IMG/VR virus record: IMGVR_UViG_3300029288_000060
Span: 160,001 to 224,000 of that record
Source of the DNA: a virus
Taxonomy: Duplodnaviria; Caudoviricetes
Length of the DNA stretch: 64,000 nt
Strand: one strand, 5' to 3'
The position numbers were made by a program, and so were the translations under genes. The number at the start of each line of letters is the position of its first letter. The first letter of the stretch is position 1. The notes below the pieces were generated by a model. That model was not told the origin of the DNA, searched no databases, and worked only from the letters and a program-made list of their open reading frames with translations. Of this stretch, positions 39,583 to 50,788 are shown in pieces.

Positions 39583-39738
39583 TCACACAATTTTATTTTC
39601 CTCCTCTTTTAGTTTAGATCTTAAAGCTTCTCTAATAAAAATTGATAGAGGAATTTCTCTTTCTTTACAAATTTTTTCTATTTTTAAAAACATTTCTTGT
39701 GACATTGTGCAATTTACATTCTTTTCAAATTTAACCAT
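39583..39738 (-). CDS. Ribbon-helix-helix (CopG-like) DNA-binding protein, 51 aa
   Basis: Absent from the ORF track: MVKFEKNVNCTMSQEMFLKIEKICKEREIPLSIFIREALRSKLKEEENKIV; AGGAG RBS, downstream of motif B. Confidence 0.72.
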   Translation of the reverse strand: MVKFEKNVNCTMSQEMFLKIEKICKEREIPLSIFIREALRSKLKEEENKIV

Positions 39739-39755
39739 ATTATCTCCTAATATCT

Positions 39756-39773
39756 TTTATTATTTGTTCTTAG
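39756..39773 (-). promoter_or_regulatory. Putative phage promoter motif B
   Basis: CTAAGAACAAATAATAAA, identical to 25434-25451. Confidence 0.55.
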
Positions 39774-39821
39774 GAAACAATGATATTAAAAAATATTCAA
39801 CCTTAATTACTTTTTTTAATT

Positions 39822-40028
39822 TTATTTATTAACTCCAAAAATATTTTCTAACCATGTTAAATAACCTTGACCATTACAAACTTTACATTTTTTTGTAGTA
39901 TAATCTTTTCCTAGAATTGCTCTTGTTTCATTAGTTTTTGTCCCAAGACTTCCCCATCCATCACAAGCTCCACAAATTTGATAACCATCGGGTAATTTAA
40001 ATTTTGGTTTTTTACTTACTAATTTCAT
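39822..40028 (-). CDS. DnaJ-type zinc-finger small protein
   Basis: CGACDGWG, CKVCNGQG. Confidence 0.7.
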   Translation of the reverse strand: MKLVSKKPKFKLPDGYQICGACDGWGSLGTKTNETRAILGKDYTTKKCKVCNGQGYLTWLENIFGVNK

Positions 40029-40351
40029 TGTTTAACTCCAATCATATATTGAAGCCAAGTTACAATTCCATACCCTTTACAAAAAGAACAAATTGAATTT
40101 AATTTACTATTGCAATAAGGACAATAATAGTATTTAATATTTATTTGCTCTTCAATAAAATAACCTATTCCTTTACATTCATCACAATATTCATTATTCC
40201 ATGAATATCCATCGTATAATTTATCATAAATTAAGCCAGTTCCGTTGCATGACTTACATTTAATTTCTGCAACATCCTCAGGATGACACTGTTCAATAAT
40301 AAATTTATGAATTTTATTCACATATTCAATGTCACTATATTGAAGTATCAT
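40025..40351 (-). CDS. DnaJ-type zinc-finger small protein
   Basis: CKSCNGTG, CDECKGIG, CSFCKGYG. Confidence 0.7.
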   Translation of the reverse strand: MILQYSDIEYVNKIHKFIIEQCHPEDVAEIKCKSCNGTGLIYDKLYDGYSWNNEYCDECKGIGYFIEEQINIKYYYCPYCNSKLNSICSFCKGYGIVTWLQYMIGVKQ

Positions 40352-40355
40352 TTTA

Positions 40356-41342
40356 TTATTTACCAGTTAATTGTTTATATTTTTGTAATACTTGTATTAT
40401 TTCAAAAATCATACTTAATAAATTCATATTTGGTAATAAACAATCTGGATGACTATTACTATATTTATTAATAATAATTTTAGCTGGAGCAGGTACGTTA
40501 TTTCTGAAAAATAAATCAGAATATATTGTTCTATAATCTAAATCTAATTCTCCAAGAAACTTTACAATATTGTTCATAACTCCATTAATCTTATGATCTT
40601 CTTTAGTTTGAATAAAATTTATAATTTCCACTATATTACTAATTATAGTCTTTTCAGTAGACAATGTTATATTTCTATCTGTTACTAATTTTCCTGTTAA
40701 GGAACTTTTTTGCATTGTATTAACAATTCTTCTGATGTCTGGATATAAACTATCAATAATAAATTTAAGGTCTTTTTCTTCAAAAGTTATTTTTTCTAAA
40801 TCTAAAATATTTTTACAATAACTAAACACAAATTCAACTGGCATTTGTTTAAATACATAAGGTTGACATCTAGATTGAACAGCATCTTCAATTTTAGATA
40901 CATAATTACAAGTTAAAATAAATCTACTATGAGTAGAATATTTTTCCATTATATGACGCAAAGATTTAAAACTAGCATCAGTTAATTGGTCACTTTCATC
41001 TATAAATACAATTTTATATAAGTCTGGATTAGCTGGAGGTATTTTCAAATATTGTTCAACTACATCTTGAATAAAAGTTATCCCTCTGGATTCTTTTGAA
41101 GAACCATCTACTTCTAGAACATTGTCATTTTTATTTTCAATAATTCCATTCTTAGAAGTCAGAATTTGAGCAATACATGTTTTTCCAGAACCTGGAGGCC
41201 CAGATAATAATAAATGGGGTATTTCTCTTCTTTTGATACATGCTTCAAAATCCATTTTATATTTTTCAGGTAAAACAAGTTCTTCTAATTTTTTTGGTCT
41301 GTATTTTTCTACCCATAAACTATTCACAATATTTTGATTCAT
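40356..41342 (-). CDS. Clamp loader ATPase subunit (RFC small / T4 gp44-like)
   Basis: LWVEKYRP, GPPGSGKT, FIDESD, LTCNY, QSRC, PDIRR. Confidence 0.93.
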   Translation of the reverse strand: MNQNIVNSLWVEKYRPKKLEELVLPEKYKMDFEACIKRREIPHLLLSGPPGSGKTCIAQILTSKNGIIENKNDNVLEVDGSSKESRGITFIQDVVEQYLKIPPANPDLYKIVFIDESDQLTDASFKSLRHIMEKYSTHSRFILTCNYVSKIEDAVQSRCQPYVFKQMPVEFVFSYCKNILDLEKITFEEKDLKFIIDSLYPDIRRIVNTMQKSSLTGKLVTDRNITLSTEKTIISNIVEIINFIQTKEDHKINGVMNNIVKFLGELDLDYRTIYSDLFFRNNVPAPAKIIINKYSNSHPDCLLPNMNLLSMIFEIIQVLQKYKQLTGK

Positions 41343-41352
41343 TTATTACTCC

Positions 41353-41751
41353 TTAGCAAGAATACCCATCCGCCATACTTAAAAGATATAAACTTTTTTG
41401 ATCTTCTATGAAGTCATGAATTATTTCTTTTTCTTGATTTCTAAAAAATAATTTAGTTGCTTCTTCTCCATCGATATATTTACCATTTTTATCAAAAATA
41501 AAATCATCACCAATATAGATTCTTTTTGAATTTTTAATTTTGCTTAATAATAAAGTAATTCTGGCTGAAAAATTTGGTAGTGTTGAAACATGAAAGTTTA
41601 ATAATATTTCATTATCTTTGCAAGAAATTAACATATTTTCAGCAAATATAAATGTTTCTCTATTTTGTTGTTTATCAACTTTAAAAACTTCTACATCATA
41701 TTCTTTTAATTTATTAACAATTTTTTCTTCTAAAGATAATGATAAACTCAT
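41353..41751 (-). CDS. Hypothetical protein
   Basis: 132 aa, ATGA overlap. Confidence 0.7.
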   Translation of the reverse strand: MSLSLSLEEKIVNKLKEYDVEVFKVDKQQNRETFIFAENMLISCKDNEILLNFHVSTLPNFSARITLLLSKIKNSKRIYIGDDFIFDKNGKYIDGEEATKLFFRNQEKEIIHDFIEDQKSLYLLSMADGYSC

Positions 41752-42038
41752 TCTTTATATTCCTCTGTATATTTAGTCATATGTACTAAAACATTTGCTA
41801 AAAACTTATCTGGATTTATTTTTTTTTGCTGGATTTGACTAGTTAAAATATTTTTTAGGGATGCAAAAAAATTATCAAAATTAATTAATTGACCAGATGG
41901 AGCCTTTTCTTTTGCCATTGGACATTTTTCTCCAACTTTTAAGGGTGGATGAGAAAAACCACACTGACTACAAATTGAATGAGACATTAAATCCATACAT
42001 ACCTCACTTTGTCTTTTATATATGTTCTTTACAAACAA
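41748..42038 (-). CDS. Small Zn-ribbon hypothetical protein
   Basis: CSQCGFSHPP..CP; the true start is probably an internal Met. Confidence 0.65.
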   Translation of the reverse strand: MFVKNIYKRQSEVCMDLMSHSICSQCGFSHPPLKVGEKCPMAKEKAPSGQLINFDNFFASLKNILTSQIQQKKINPDKFLANVLVHMTKYTEEYKE

Positions 42039-42069
42039 AAAAATTTCCTAAACCTTGAGTAAATCTAAT

Positions 42070-42118
42070 ACTTCTGTCAAAATTTTAACTATTTAAAGGT
42101 TAAAATTTTGACAGAAGT
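42070..42118. terminator. 20-bp perfect inverted repeat closing the accessory-gene block
   Basis: ACTTCTGTCAAAATTTTAAC (42070-42089) / GTTAAAATTTTGACAGAAGT (42099-42118). Confidence 0.7.
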
Positions 42119-42128
42119 TTTTACATAT

Positions 42129-42512
42129 TTAAAAAACATCAAATGGTCTTTTTATAAGTTCTACTTCTTGGTTCCAAGTCCAAGAAACTTCATCAAGATC
42201 TACTGTATTTGGATCGCCATTACAATTTTCTGTATGAGCTCGCCATTTTCCGTCATCAAAAATTACTTCATAGATTCCATCTAAAGAATCAATTCTAACT
42301 AAATCCCCTCCATATATTTCTCTATCATATTTATCACAGTACATTGTAAATTGTTGGCTCTCATTTCTTGTATCAATTTCATTTAGTGCCCAAGATATCC
42401 ATTCACCTTCTATATTTCCCCAATAAAACCATTCTAAAAATTCACCTTCTTCGTTTTTAATTGGTTGTCTAAATTTAATTTCATATGGTATCATGACACT
42501 GATTTTATCCAT
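42129..42512 (-). CDS. YopX family protein
   Basis: EIKFR..QQFTMYCDKYDREIYGGDLV..YEVIF. Confidence 0.75.
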   Translation of the reverse strand: MDKISVMIPYEIKFRQPIKNEEGEFLEWFYWGNIEGEWISWALNEIDTRNESQQFTMYCDKYDREIYGGDLVRIDSLDGIYEVIFDDGKWRAHTENCNGDPNTVDLDEVSWTWNQEVELIKRPFDVF

Positions 42513-43445
42513 TCATTATATGTATTGCATAAAAGCAATATTTCTTCAAAAACTAAATTATTCCATTTTATTTTATCATCTTCTGAAAGATACTCATTCT
42601 CTTCATATTCTTCAAATAACTCAGTTAGTTTATCAAAAACGGAATAACTACAATGTTTATGACCATAAAAATAATAAATGGGGCAATTAATGCAGCAATC
42701 ATCACCTTGAACTAGAAATAAATTACATAAACCACATGTATCCACAGAGTCAGGTTCTATACACTCATTAGATTTTGCAATTAAATACCACTTACTAAAA
42801 GTTTTTTCCCACGCCTCTTCTAAAGTTATAGCGCTCTTTTTAGGAAATAAATATTTTGGAACTATTATTTGATTATCTGAATCTATACCAATTTCCTCAA
42901 ACCATTTAGACAGGATATTAAACAACTCTTCATTACTCATTTTTTAACTCCATTTTATCTATTTTTTCAATTATTATTTTGAGAATATAACAAAAATCAT
43001 TCTCATTACATATATCATAAATTGAACATCTTGTATCACTACAACATTTTTTCTGATCTATATTAGACAAATTAACTAATAAATCATATTTTTCAGATTT
43101 ACTTAATTCTTTATTATTTTTATATTCACCTGGTAAATAGTTATTTTCTAAATTTGCTGTCCAAATTGGATATTCACATTTACACCTATAATAATGTTTT
43201 CCACATATTTTACATATTCGATATAGCATACCAGAATTTTGAAGTCTTTCTTCAATATCAAGACACTCACAATCTTTTATTTCTTTTTCACATTTCTTAC
43301 AAAACATTTTGCCTTTAACAATTTCAAAATTATCACTTGTCAATAACTTTTTATTTTCTAAGTTCATTCCATACTCCAAGAAATATAAATATACCTATAA
43401 GTAAAACAATAAGCCAAAAAGTCATATTTTTATCCTCTTTATTGT

Positions 43446-43907
43446 TTAGTAAGTTGGTAAATTATCTATCTCATCACTAATGAACATTCCATACCCTATT
43501 ATATTAAACAACTTTGAATGTTTATATATTTTTGCTAATTCTAAATTTGATAAATATTCTGCTTCTTTGTTCGATATTTCAATCAAATATTTTGATAAAT
43601 TTGTTGATTGTTGAAAATTTTCAACACTGCCATTAATAATAGTATTTTTAGAATTTTTATCTGATTTATAATAAGCATTTTTAATTAACGTAACGTTTTT
43701 TCTCAATGTTGTAATTTCAACATCTTTAGCTTTTAATTGTGGATAAAGATATATACCATAAGATACCATAAATATTACAATGAAAAAAACAATCCCTGTT
43801 GCAGCACTTCCAACTATATTTATATTTTCTGCCAAAACATAATTTACTCTTTTTGGAACAATTATTGTAACAGTAATTAATATTATGAAAATGATAATAT
43901 ATAACAA
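43446..43907 (-). CDS. Membrane protein with two N-terminal TM helices
   Basis: Hydrophobic segments followed by a coiled coil; AAGGAG RBS. Confidence 0.65.
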   Translation of the reverse strand: MLYIIIFIILITVTIIVPKRVNYVLAENINIVGSAATGIVFFIVIFMVSYGIYLYPQLKAKDVEITTLRKNVTLIKNAYYKSDKNSKNTIINGSVENFQQSTNLSKYLIEISNKEAEYLSNLELAKIYKHSKLFNIIGYGMFISDEIDNLPTY

Positions 43908-44922
43908 ATTAATCTCCTTATTATTTTTTGCTTAACATCTATTGAGTATATAGTGATAGTATACTAGATAAAATTAGTAATATAAAATTATTTTCATTCA
44001 TAAACAATGTCTATGTTTCTTTAGATTTAAAAATAATTTTTATACTTATCTAGTAATACTATACCTATCAAAAGTATGACTAACCCTAAGGATACACCAA
44101 AAAAGTATATATGAGCACCCATTAGTTTAAGTACATGAAAAAAAGCTGACCATATTATAAATGCTCCTATTGAAATCATACATATTCCAAAATTTTTTAA
44201 GAAATTTGCGCGGGTTTTGTTCATTTTTCCTCCATTACTTATTTCAAAAACTTTTATATTTCTTTCTTCATTTATTAAAATCAATATTATGTATCTTTAT
44301 CTTAGCTTTATTTTTATTTATGATTTATACATCTTAATTTCACATTTACATATAGGACATATTGAACATTTTGAATATTTGTCATATTCCATAAAAATTT
44401 CTGATCCACAAGAAGTTTCATAATAATTTTCGTCTAGTTTTTCCCAAATACATTTTTCATCTTCAACCTCATATTCATCTTTATCCGCCCAAATCTGGTC
44501 TGAGAACCAACCGGCTATAAATCCACCAATGAATATCAATACTATACATATGATTCCTAATATTAAATCCATTTAAAATCTCCTTATGTGAGTTTAAATA
44601 TTAATCCAATTATTTTTAATTATTTCAATTTTAAAACTTTGAATATCATTTCTCTTAATCATTATCAATCCATCTTTAAAGTGTAATACATATTTATCTG
44701 ATTGTGGTCTTGAAAAGTACCATATGTAAAAATCTTTCCATGGAGTAATCGTATCTACATTATTTTTCTGTTCACATTCTAAACTAAAAGTATCTTTATT
44801 AATAAATTTAATACTTAACTTATTTAAAAAAGTTTCAACCTCTATTTTTATCTCATCTTGTTGTTTATTTTTCTTAAAAATATTCCATCCCATTAATGTC
44901 ACTCCTTTTATAAAATAGTTAA

Positions 44923-45375
44923 CTATACATTTTTTAAAAATTTATTTTTTATGTAAAGTTCTTTTGTGTAACCTATAGCATCTTTCATCCTTTTAAATTT
45001 TTTTACTGATTGTCCACCATTAGTAGATATATTACCTTTTGAATCCCAATAAAATTTATATAACTGAAGGCCAAAATATTTGCTATTTTTAAATCGATAA
45101 ACTATTCCAATTACATGATTATGTAAGTAGATCAAGTGCCTTCCATTAGGAAATAATTTAGTAGTTATATCATTATCACTTGTTGCTTCCATTAAGTTTT
45201 TATGTTTGGTATTTATAGCCTCATTCTCTGGCGGATCTTCAAGATCAGGAATACCAAATGTATGTATATTTTCATCTATAGTTAAATCAAAACTGTCTAA
45301 TGCTTCTAATAAATTAACTTTATGTGCAAATTCATTTATTCCGTCTTCTCCATGCCTTTTTACTTTATTTTTCAT
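44923..45375 (-). CDS. Hypothetical protein sharing its N-terminus with 53037..53327
   Basis: MKNKVKRHGEDGINEFAHKVNL. Confidence 0.65.
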   Translation of the reverse strand: MKNKVKRHGEDGINEFAHKVNLLEALDSFDLTIDENIHTFGIPDLEDPPENEAINTKHKNLMEATSDNDITTKLFPNGRHLIYLHNHVIGIVYRFKNSKYFGLQLYKFYWDSKGNISTNGGQSVKKFKRMKDAIGYTKELYIKNKFLKNV

Positions 45376-47550
45376 GAATTTCCAACTCCGAAATAAGTTT
45401 TGATAGAGTTAAAAATTCTTCTCCTGTAAGGAAAAAAGAATTACACCTAGTTAAAGTAGGGTGATAAGAAACTATGTATCCTCCTGTCCCAGTCTTTAGA
45501 ATAGTGAATTCTTTTAACTCATATAAAGATTCAATTGTATCATATTTATTTATACTCATTATTTCTCCTTTTTTACCATTTAATATTTAATAATGCTAAA
45601 AGAGACGCACAAAACCATGCAATGGCCGCGTCATAATTTTTCCTTTTGATGTATAATACAAAATTAATAAGTATCAAAAGCAATGCTATAATATCAAATG
45701 CCATCATTATTCCTTAGCCCATTCAGCAGTATCCAACAAAGCATGAATAGCATCTATAACATATGCCTTATCTTGTTCTGGTGCTATAGTTGACCGAATG
45801 GCTAACACCAAGCGTTCCAACTCTGTTTTGTCATCTGATCCAATTATTTGAATAAGAGCTCTTCTGAGTTTAAGTATTGCCTCTTCAGCTTTTCGTAATG
45901 GATGTTTTTTACAAATTCTAATATGATCAGTAAGAACTTGAATATCAGCACCACTTGCTGGCGTTCCTGCTGGATATTCTTCACCACAATATACACATGT
46001 TAAAATATTATTATCCATATTATTACTCCTTTTTATTTCACTGCTCTAATCTATTTAAAAACTGGCTAATTAAAGCACTTAAAACTCCGAAGCAAATAGA
46101 GATTACGATACCTATAATGTCTGACATTTCTTCTGTTCCTCAACTTTTAATTTCTTCAATTCATAATGTTTACATTCTCCAGGATTTGAAGGAAGTTTAA
46201 AAGTCGTATAAACTTCCCATTCTCCTTTTGCACACCAATATCGCATTCGTGTATGTAGAAAATGTTTACAAGTAGGACAATTTCTAATTGGTATTCCTTC
46301 ATTAATAACTTCAAATTTAAGTAAAAAGTTTGATGCCGCATATCTTGTCTTGAATCCCTCAACCAAACCAATTGATTGTGGGAGTCTATGTAGTGCACTC
46401 CAGCCCTTATTTTTAAAGAAAAATAATTGTCCTATATAAATATCCCCGATATAAAATAAAGTGTCAGTTTTTCTCTTCTTCCATTTCCAATCTAAAACTT
46501 TACCCTCTATTACTGACGATAACTTCAAACCATGCCTCCTTCGCACATTCAGGAAAAGGAATAAACAATTTACTTAATGTACTACCAGTAGAATAATCAA
46601 TTTTAAGTTCCGCATTGATTACTAAGTAGCATTTGTTATTGCGGGAAATTTTGATTTTATCTTCAATATTACCTATTTTTTCAACATACAAAAATTCTTT
46701 CATATTCTCTTTTTATTCCTTCGCCCATTCAACCTAAATCTACCAAAATCCTTCGAATTAACTCTGGTATACTCTTTTTCCTTATATCCACTCCACGGTC
46801 CATACTTTCGCAAGCCTCAGCATACATCCAGCCGATAGCTTTGGCTCGAACGTCCTCAACATACTTTTCAAGTTCATCATAAGCCTTGCTTGTCGGATAA
46901 ATGCCACAATCTCCTTCGTTGTCCAACATCTCACTTATAATCTTGCATATTACAGTTCTATCCTTATCCATTTGTTTCCTCTTTTTTATGTCGTTGTTAG
47001 ATTTAAGTAAATATACATCATCAGATTAAAAAACTTTATTATTAGAATAATAATACTCGTTATAGTTACTACTAACCATACAGGAGTTACCCACCAATCA
47101 TCATCATAGTTATCTTTTGAAGAGCACATTATTCCTTCTTTTTTCTCTGGTACTATCTTCACTTTACCTCCTTTGTCCATTCAGCTTTTACTTTACCTTC
47201 CCCATAAGGAAGTTCATACCATTGCTTTTCTAATCCTATAGATTCTAAGTCTGAAACAAGACCAACTCGAACAAGACAAAAATCTTTTACATGCTTTGTT
47301 CCACAAGTAATAAAAGGTAGAATATAAAACCCTCTTATTTTGCCATCTATTGTAATATTCTGAAAATCCTTTAACTCTTCGTTTGTAAGATTTAAAACTA
47401 CTTCGTGATAGTTCCACGATTTTTCTTTGACAGTATTATTAGGAATCAAGTTGAATATTCTACAGAACCACTTTTCAATTCTATTGCGTGGTGTTGGCAC
47501 AAATATGTCTTCATAAGTATACCAACTAAATAAATATTGGTGTTGCATTT

Positions 47551-48060
47551 TTATTCCTCCTTTGCCCATTTAGCGACGATACGGCCTGTACCGTTGCAAT
47601 TTTGACAATAGAATTCATTTTTATTAACACCATAGGGCGTAACATCCCCTTTGCCTTCACATTCAGGACATTCCTCCCATCCCCATTTCTCTCTTGTTTC
47701 TGGCAGTGCCAACCATTCGGAGAGTAAGACCATGATGCGTGGTTCGCCTTCGTCGGTGAGGGAGAAGAGCCATATATAATTGCTTTGTATTGTGAAAGGT
47801 CTTTTATCGGTATCAAACCAACGTTCCCACTGCCAACCGCCGAACGCTTCCCACATCTCCCTCTTCTCCTTCCAAAACCACTGCAAGAAGGGGAGGTGGG
47901 TGTTGGGGGAGGAGTAGTCGGGATTAGGATTGAAAAAGTTTCTTAGTTCAATTTTCTCTCCACATTTAATACAGCTTGTATATCCTTTCTCTGTCAAATA
48001 TGGGAATGGTTCATGAAAGCACTTCCCTTCAAACAAGCACAACAGTTTATGGTTTATCAC
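47551..48060 (-). CDS. Cys-rich hypothetical protein with C-terminal DnaJ-like finger
   Basis: GTG start at 48060 with AAAGGAG RBS; CPECEGKG..CQNCNGTG. Confidence 0.65.
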   Translation of the reverse strand: MINHKLLCLFEGKCFHEPFPYLTEKGYTSCIKCGEKIELRNFFNPNPDYSSPNTHLPFLQWFWKEKREMWEAFGGWQWERWFDTDKRPFTIQSNYIWLFSLTDEGEPRIMVLLSEWLALPETREKWGWEECPECEGKGDVTPYGVNKNEFYCQNCNGTGRIVAKWAKEE

Positions 48061-48272
48061 TTTTTTATCTCCTTTGTAGGAAACTTGCAGTCTGTCATCC
48101 AATTTCCCCATGAAGAAATGATAGGAACACCACCTTGTGCAATACAAGCGTTTATAGACTTCCTTCTTGCATCGGCATATTCCTGATCTGAAATTGTGTC
48201 GGTAGGACTACAACCCACTAAAAGAATTGCAACCAAAACAAGTATTGAAAATAAGAGTTTATGATTTATCAT
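48057..48272 (-). CDS. Small lipoprotein
   Basis: ATG 48272 after GGAGG; lipobox LLVGC. Confidence 0.7.
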   Translation of the reverse strand: MINHKLLFSILVLVAILLVGCSPTDTISDQEYADARRKSINACIAQGGVPIISSWGNWMTDCKFPTKEIKK

Positions 48273-48327
48273 CTTGACCTCCTTCGAGAGCATACAGAAA
48301 TATTATAAGTCTATACAATCTCCAATT

Positions 48328-48759
48328 TTATAGTAGTTTTTGAGTTACTTCCTCATGCTCACAGTTTTCACACTCATAAACATACCACCATTCTGTAACC
48401 GCTCCAGTTCTTGAATCGTAATCACCTTCTCTTTTAAATTCCAATTTTTTCTTATATTTATGTTTACATTTTTTGTGAACATTGAGCGACTTAATCACAC
48501 GGCTAAGACACTCACATAACTCTGTACATTGTTCTATTTTTTGCATTGGGCAATCTGAACAGTCCATTTTATATCGGTATCTTGCAATATCTTTTAGTTT
48601 ATCCCACTTCTCGGCCTTCTCGATGGTGGGGGCAAGGAGGGAGAGGATAGAATCAGCAACTTTATCTGCATCATAGTCACATTCACAAGAGGACATATAA
48701 TCTTTCTGAAAGCCACTATGGGCTATGGTACATATCTCTCTTTTCAGTTCATCCTTCAT
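48328..48759 (-). CDS. Array gene: MKDEL module + EKAEKWDK module + Cys cluster
   Basis: GGAG RBS; modules shared with neighbours. Confidence 0.7.
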   Translation of the reverse strand: MKDELKREICTIAHSGFQKDYMSSCECDYDADKVADSILSLLAPTIEKAEKWDKLKDIARYRYKMDCSDCPMQKIEQCTELCECLSRVIKSLNVHKKCKHKYKKKLEFKREGDYDSRTGAVTEWWYVYECENCEHEEVTQKLL

Positions 48760-48770
48760 CTCTCATCTCC

Positions 48771-49034
48771 TTAACATAGTGGGCATTCATCTATCCCGCC
48801 AAGTTTGCCGTGAATGGGACAGTCGTATTCCTCGATAATCTTAAAGCCTTCCACCTCATTGTAAACCACATATCTTGCCTTCTCATCCTCAAGGGGACAC
48901 CAAGCGGGGATACCTTCTTTTTCAACTATCTGGTCAGTACCCATGCACCTGTCGATAGTGGTAGTTCCGTCCCCCGCCAATTCTTCATACGACCACGGAC
49001 ATTCCCCGCAGTTCTCAACCTTGATTATTTTCAT
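48771..49034 (-). CDS. Array gene: MKIIKV-CxxC..CPLEDEK module
   Basis: Start corrected to ATG 49034 after GGAGG. Confidence 0.7.
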   Translation of the reverse strand: MKIIKVENCGECPWSYEELAGDGTTTIDRCMGTDQIVEKEGIPAWCPLEDEKARYVVYNEVEGFKIIEEYDCPIHGKLGGIDECPLC

Positions 49035-49035
49035 C

Positions 49036-49323
49036 TTAACCTCCTTCGAGAGCTTCGACGATACTCTTTGCATATACACAAAGTACCTCTTCGCATGTTA
49101 TCAGGGGGCAGGTATCGCACGTTCGAGTATTTCTCAACGCCGCTATCTCCTTCACCTTATCCCACTTCTCGGCCTCCTTCTCATCCTCAAGGGGACACTC
49201 TTTAGGAATGACATTACTATCAATAACTCTGCCTGTTACTCCGCATCGTTTTATCCCAAACACTATCAGACCGTTGTTAATTTTAGGACAATCGAAACAG
49301 CTTCTAACCTTGATTATTTTCAT
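49036..49323 (-). CDS. Array gene: MKIIKV..CPLEDEK + AEKWDKVKE + Cys + VEALEGG
   Basis: Start corrected to ATG 49323 after GGAGG. Confidence 0.7.
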   Translation of the reverse strand: MKIIKVRSCFDCPKINNGLIVFGIKRCGVTGRVIDSNVIPKECPLEDEKEAEKWDKVKEIAALRNTRTCDTCPLITCEEVLCVYAKSIVEALEGG

Positions 49324-49693
49324 CTTGACCTCCTTCGAGAGCTTCGACGACATCCCTGAATATACAACCACCGTACTCCAAGGTACAGGCATCTTCTTTC
49401 CATAAAGGGCATTTGCACGGTGGTCTTGAATCTGCACACTCCTTCACCTTATCCCATAGGCGAGCCTTCTCGATGGCAGGATCAGGGTGTTGAATATCAG
49501 AAAGTATAGCTTTTGTCAACATTTCTTTTAGTTCTGGTTTAACATCGTCCATAAAGAAATGTAACCAGCGTTTTACTGTTTTTAATTCTTGTTGTGTCTT
49601 CTCAGCTTTCTTTAACTCAATCCTTATTTCATCAAGGATAGCACCGTTTTGAAAGTCTTCTATTTTAAGTTTATCAAACTCTTTAACTGTCAT
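49304..49693 (-). CDS. Array gene: KAEK..WxHFF + EKARLWDKVKE + Cys + VEALEGG
   Basis: Modules shared with neighbours. Confidence 0.7.
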   Translation of the reverse strand: MTVKEFDKLKIEDFQNGAILDEIRIELKKAEKTQQELKTVKRWLHFFMDDVKPELKEMLTKAILSDIQHPDPAIEKARLWDKVKECADSRPPCKCPLWKEDACTLEYGGCIFRDVVEALEGGQDENNQG

Positions 49694-49870
49694 TCTTGTA
49701 CCCCTCTTCGTGGTCTTCTGTTGACAATGAAAACCATCTAACTTGACTCAAAGGAATATGTCTATTTGTCCCGTTCGACAATCGCATCCATAAAAGATAA
49801 GCTCCAAACCGCACTTCGGAGCATTCAAATACTTCTCTGTAACCGTCCCACCACCTTACATTAACTGTTT

Positions 49871-50194
49871 TCATCCCTTACCTCCTTCGAGAGCATCGTT
49901 AATATCTTTGCAGACGGCACCAGGGTACAAATGGGAACCGCAGATATAATTCAGGAAGCACTTGTCACATGAGGTTTCGAAGAGGGATTTTAGTTTATCC
50001 CACTTCTGAGCCTTCTCCCGCGTCTCGTTATCCTCTGCACCCGCCAGTTTTATAATCCTGTCAGTATGGGCTTCGGATAGTTTTTTCTCAAGTTCTATAC
50101 ACTCAGGGCACTCAATCCATGCCCTAACTATAAGTCTTTCGGGTACTTCGTTTGATACTTGTTTGCCACATTTCGAGCATTTAACGTGACTCAT
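49871..50194 (-). CDS. Array gene: Zn ribbon + EKAQKWDK + Cys + DALEGG
   Basis: Modules shared with neighbours. Confidence 0.7.
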   Translation of the reverse strand: MSHVKCSKCGKQVSNEVPERLIVRAWIECPECIELEKKLSEAHTDRIIKLAGAEDNETREKAQKWDKLKSLFETSCDKCFLNYICGSHLYPGAVCKDINDALEGGKG

Positions 50195-50489
50195 CTTTCA
50201 CCTCTATAAGAGCTTCTTCAAGTATCTGAATAACAGGAGTAGCCGATTTTACCATTGCTTCTTCTCTATCTGTTCCAACATCTCTTGCAAAGAAATGGAA
50301 CCATACTTTCACGGATTTCAATGTCTCTTTCATCTTCTCAGCCTTCTCAAGTTCGGGGGCAAGGATTGAGACGATTGAATCTGCAAACTTCCTTCCTTCG
50401 GATAGACAAAGAAGAAAGTCCCAATATTTTCCGTAACGATATTTTGCATAGAGTTCGGCTATCTTCTCTTTCAGTTCATCTGTGTTCAT
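50181..50489 (-). CDS. Array gene: DELKE + ADSIxSxLAP + EKAEK..WFHFF
   Basis: Modules shared with neighbours. Confidence 0.7.
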   Translation of the reverse strand: MNTDELKEKIAELYAKYRYGKYWDFLLCLSEGRKFADSIVSILAPELEKAEKMKETLKSVKVWFHFFARDVGTDREEAMVKSATPVIQILEEALIEVKDESR

Positions 50490-50788
50490 CTTTATATTCC
50501 TCTAATTTAAAATTTTAAAAAGTATCGTGTAAATTATAGCGAATATTGTAATCCATATGATTAAGACTCTTATGTCAAGCATTTTTTATACCTTGCCAAA
50601 ATTTTTCATATTTTTCTTGTACAGTACCGTTTCTTACGTCCTCTGGAAGATTCATATAATTAGGATAATCCTTAAATAAAATTATCTCCGGCCAAGAGGA
50701 CAGGTCTGTAACCTTCCAAACTATTATCCCGATTCCATTCTTAACTATTTTGACGGCTTTCTTTCTATTCTTATAGGTCAATATTTCA

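Noticed and set aside
41819-41827. Third A9 run as a frameshift site
   Set aside because: It is followed by T, is in a different phase (CAA AAA AAA ATA), and the ORF continues in frame to a normal ATGA overlap.
48057-48067. A_AAA_AAG heptamer at the end of the lipoprotein gene that could fuse it to the next ORF
   Set aside because: The downstream gene has its own GGAG RBS and GTG start (GTGA overlap), so ordinary coupling explains it.
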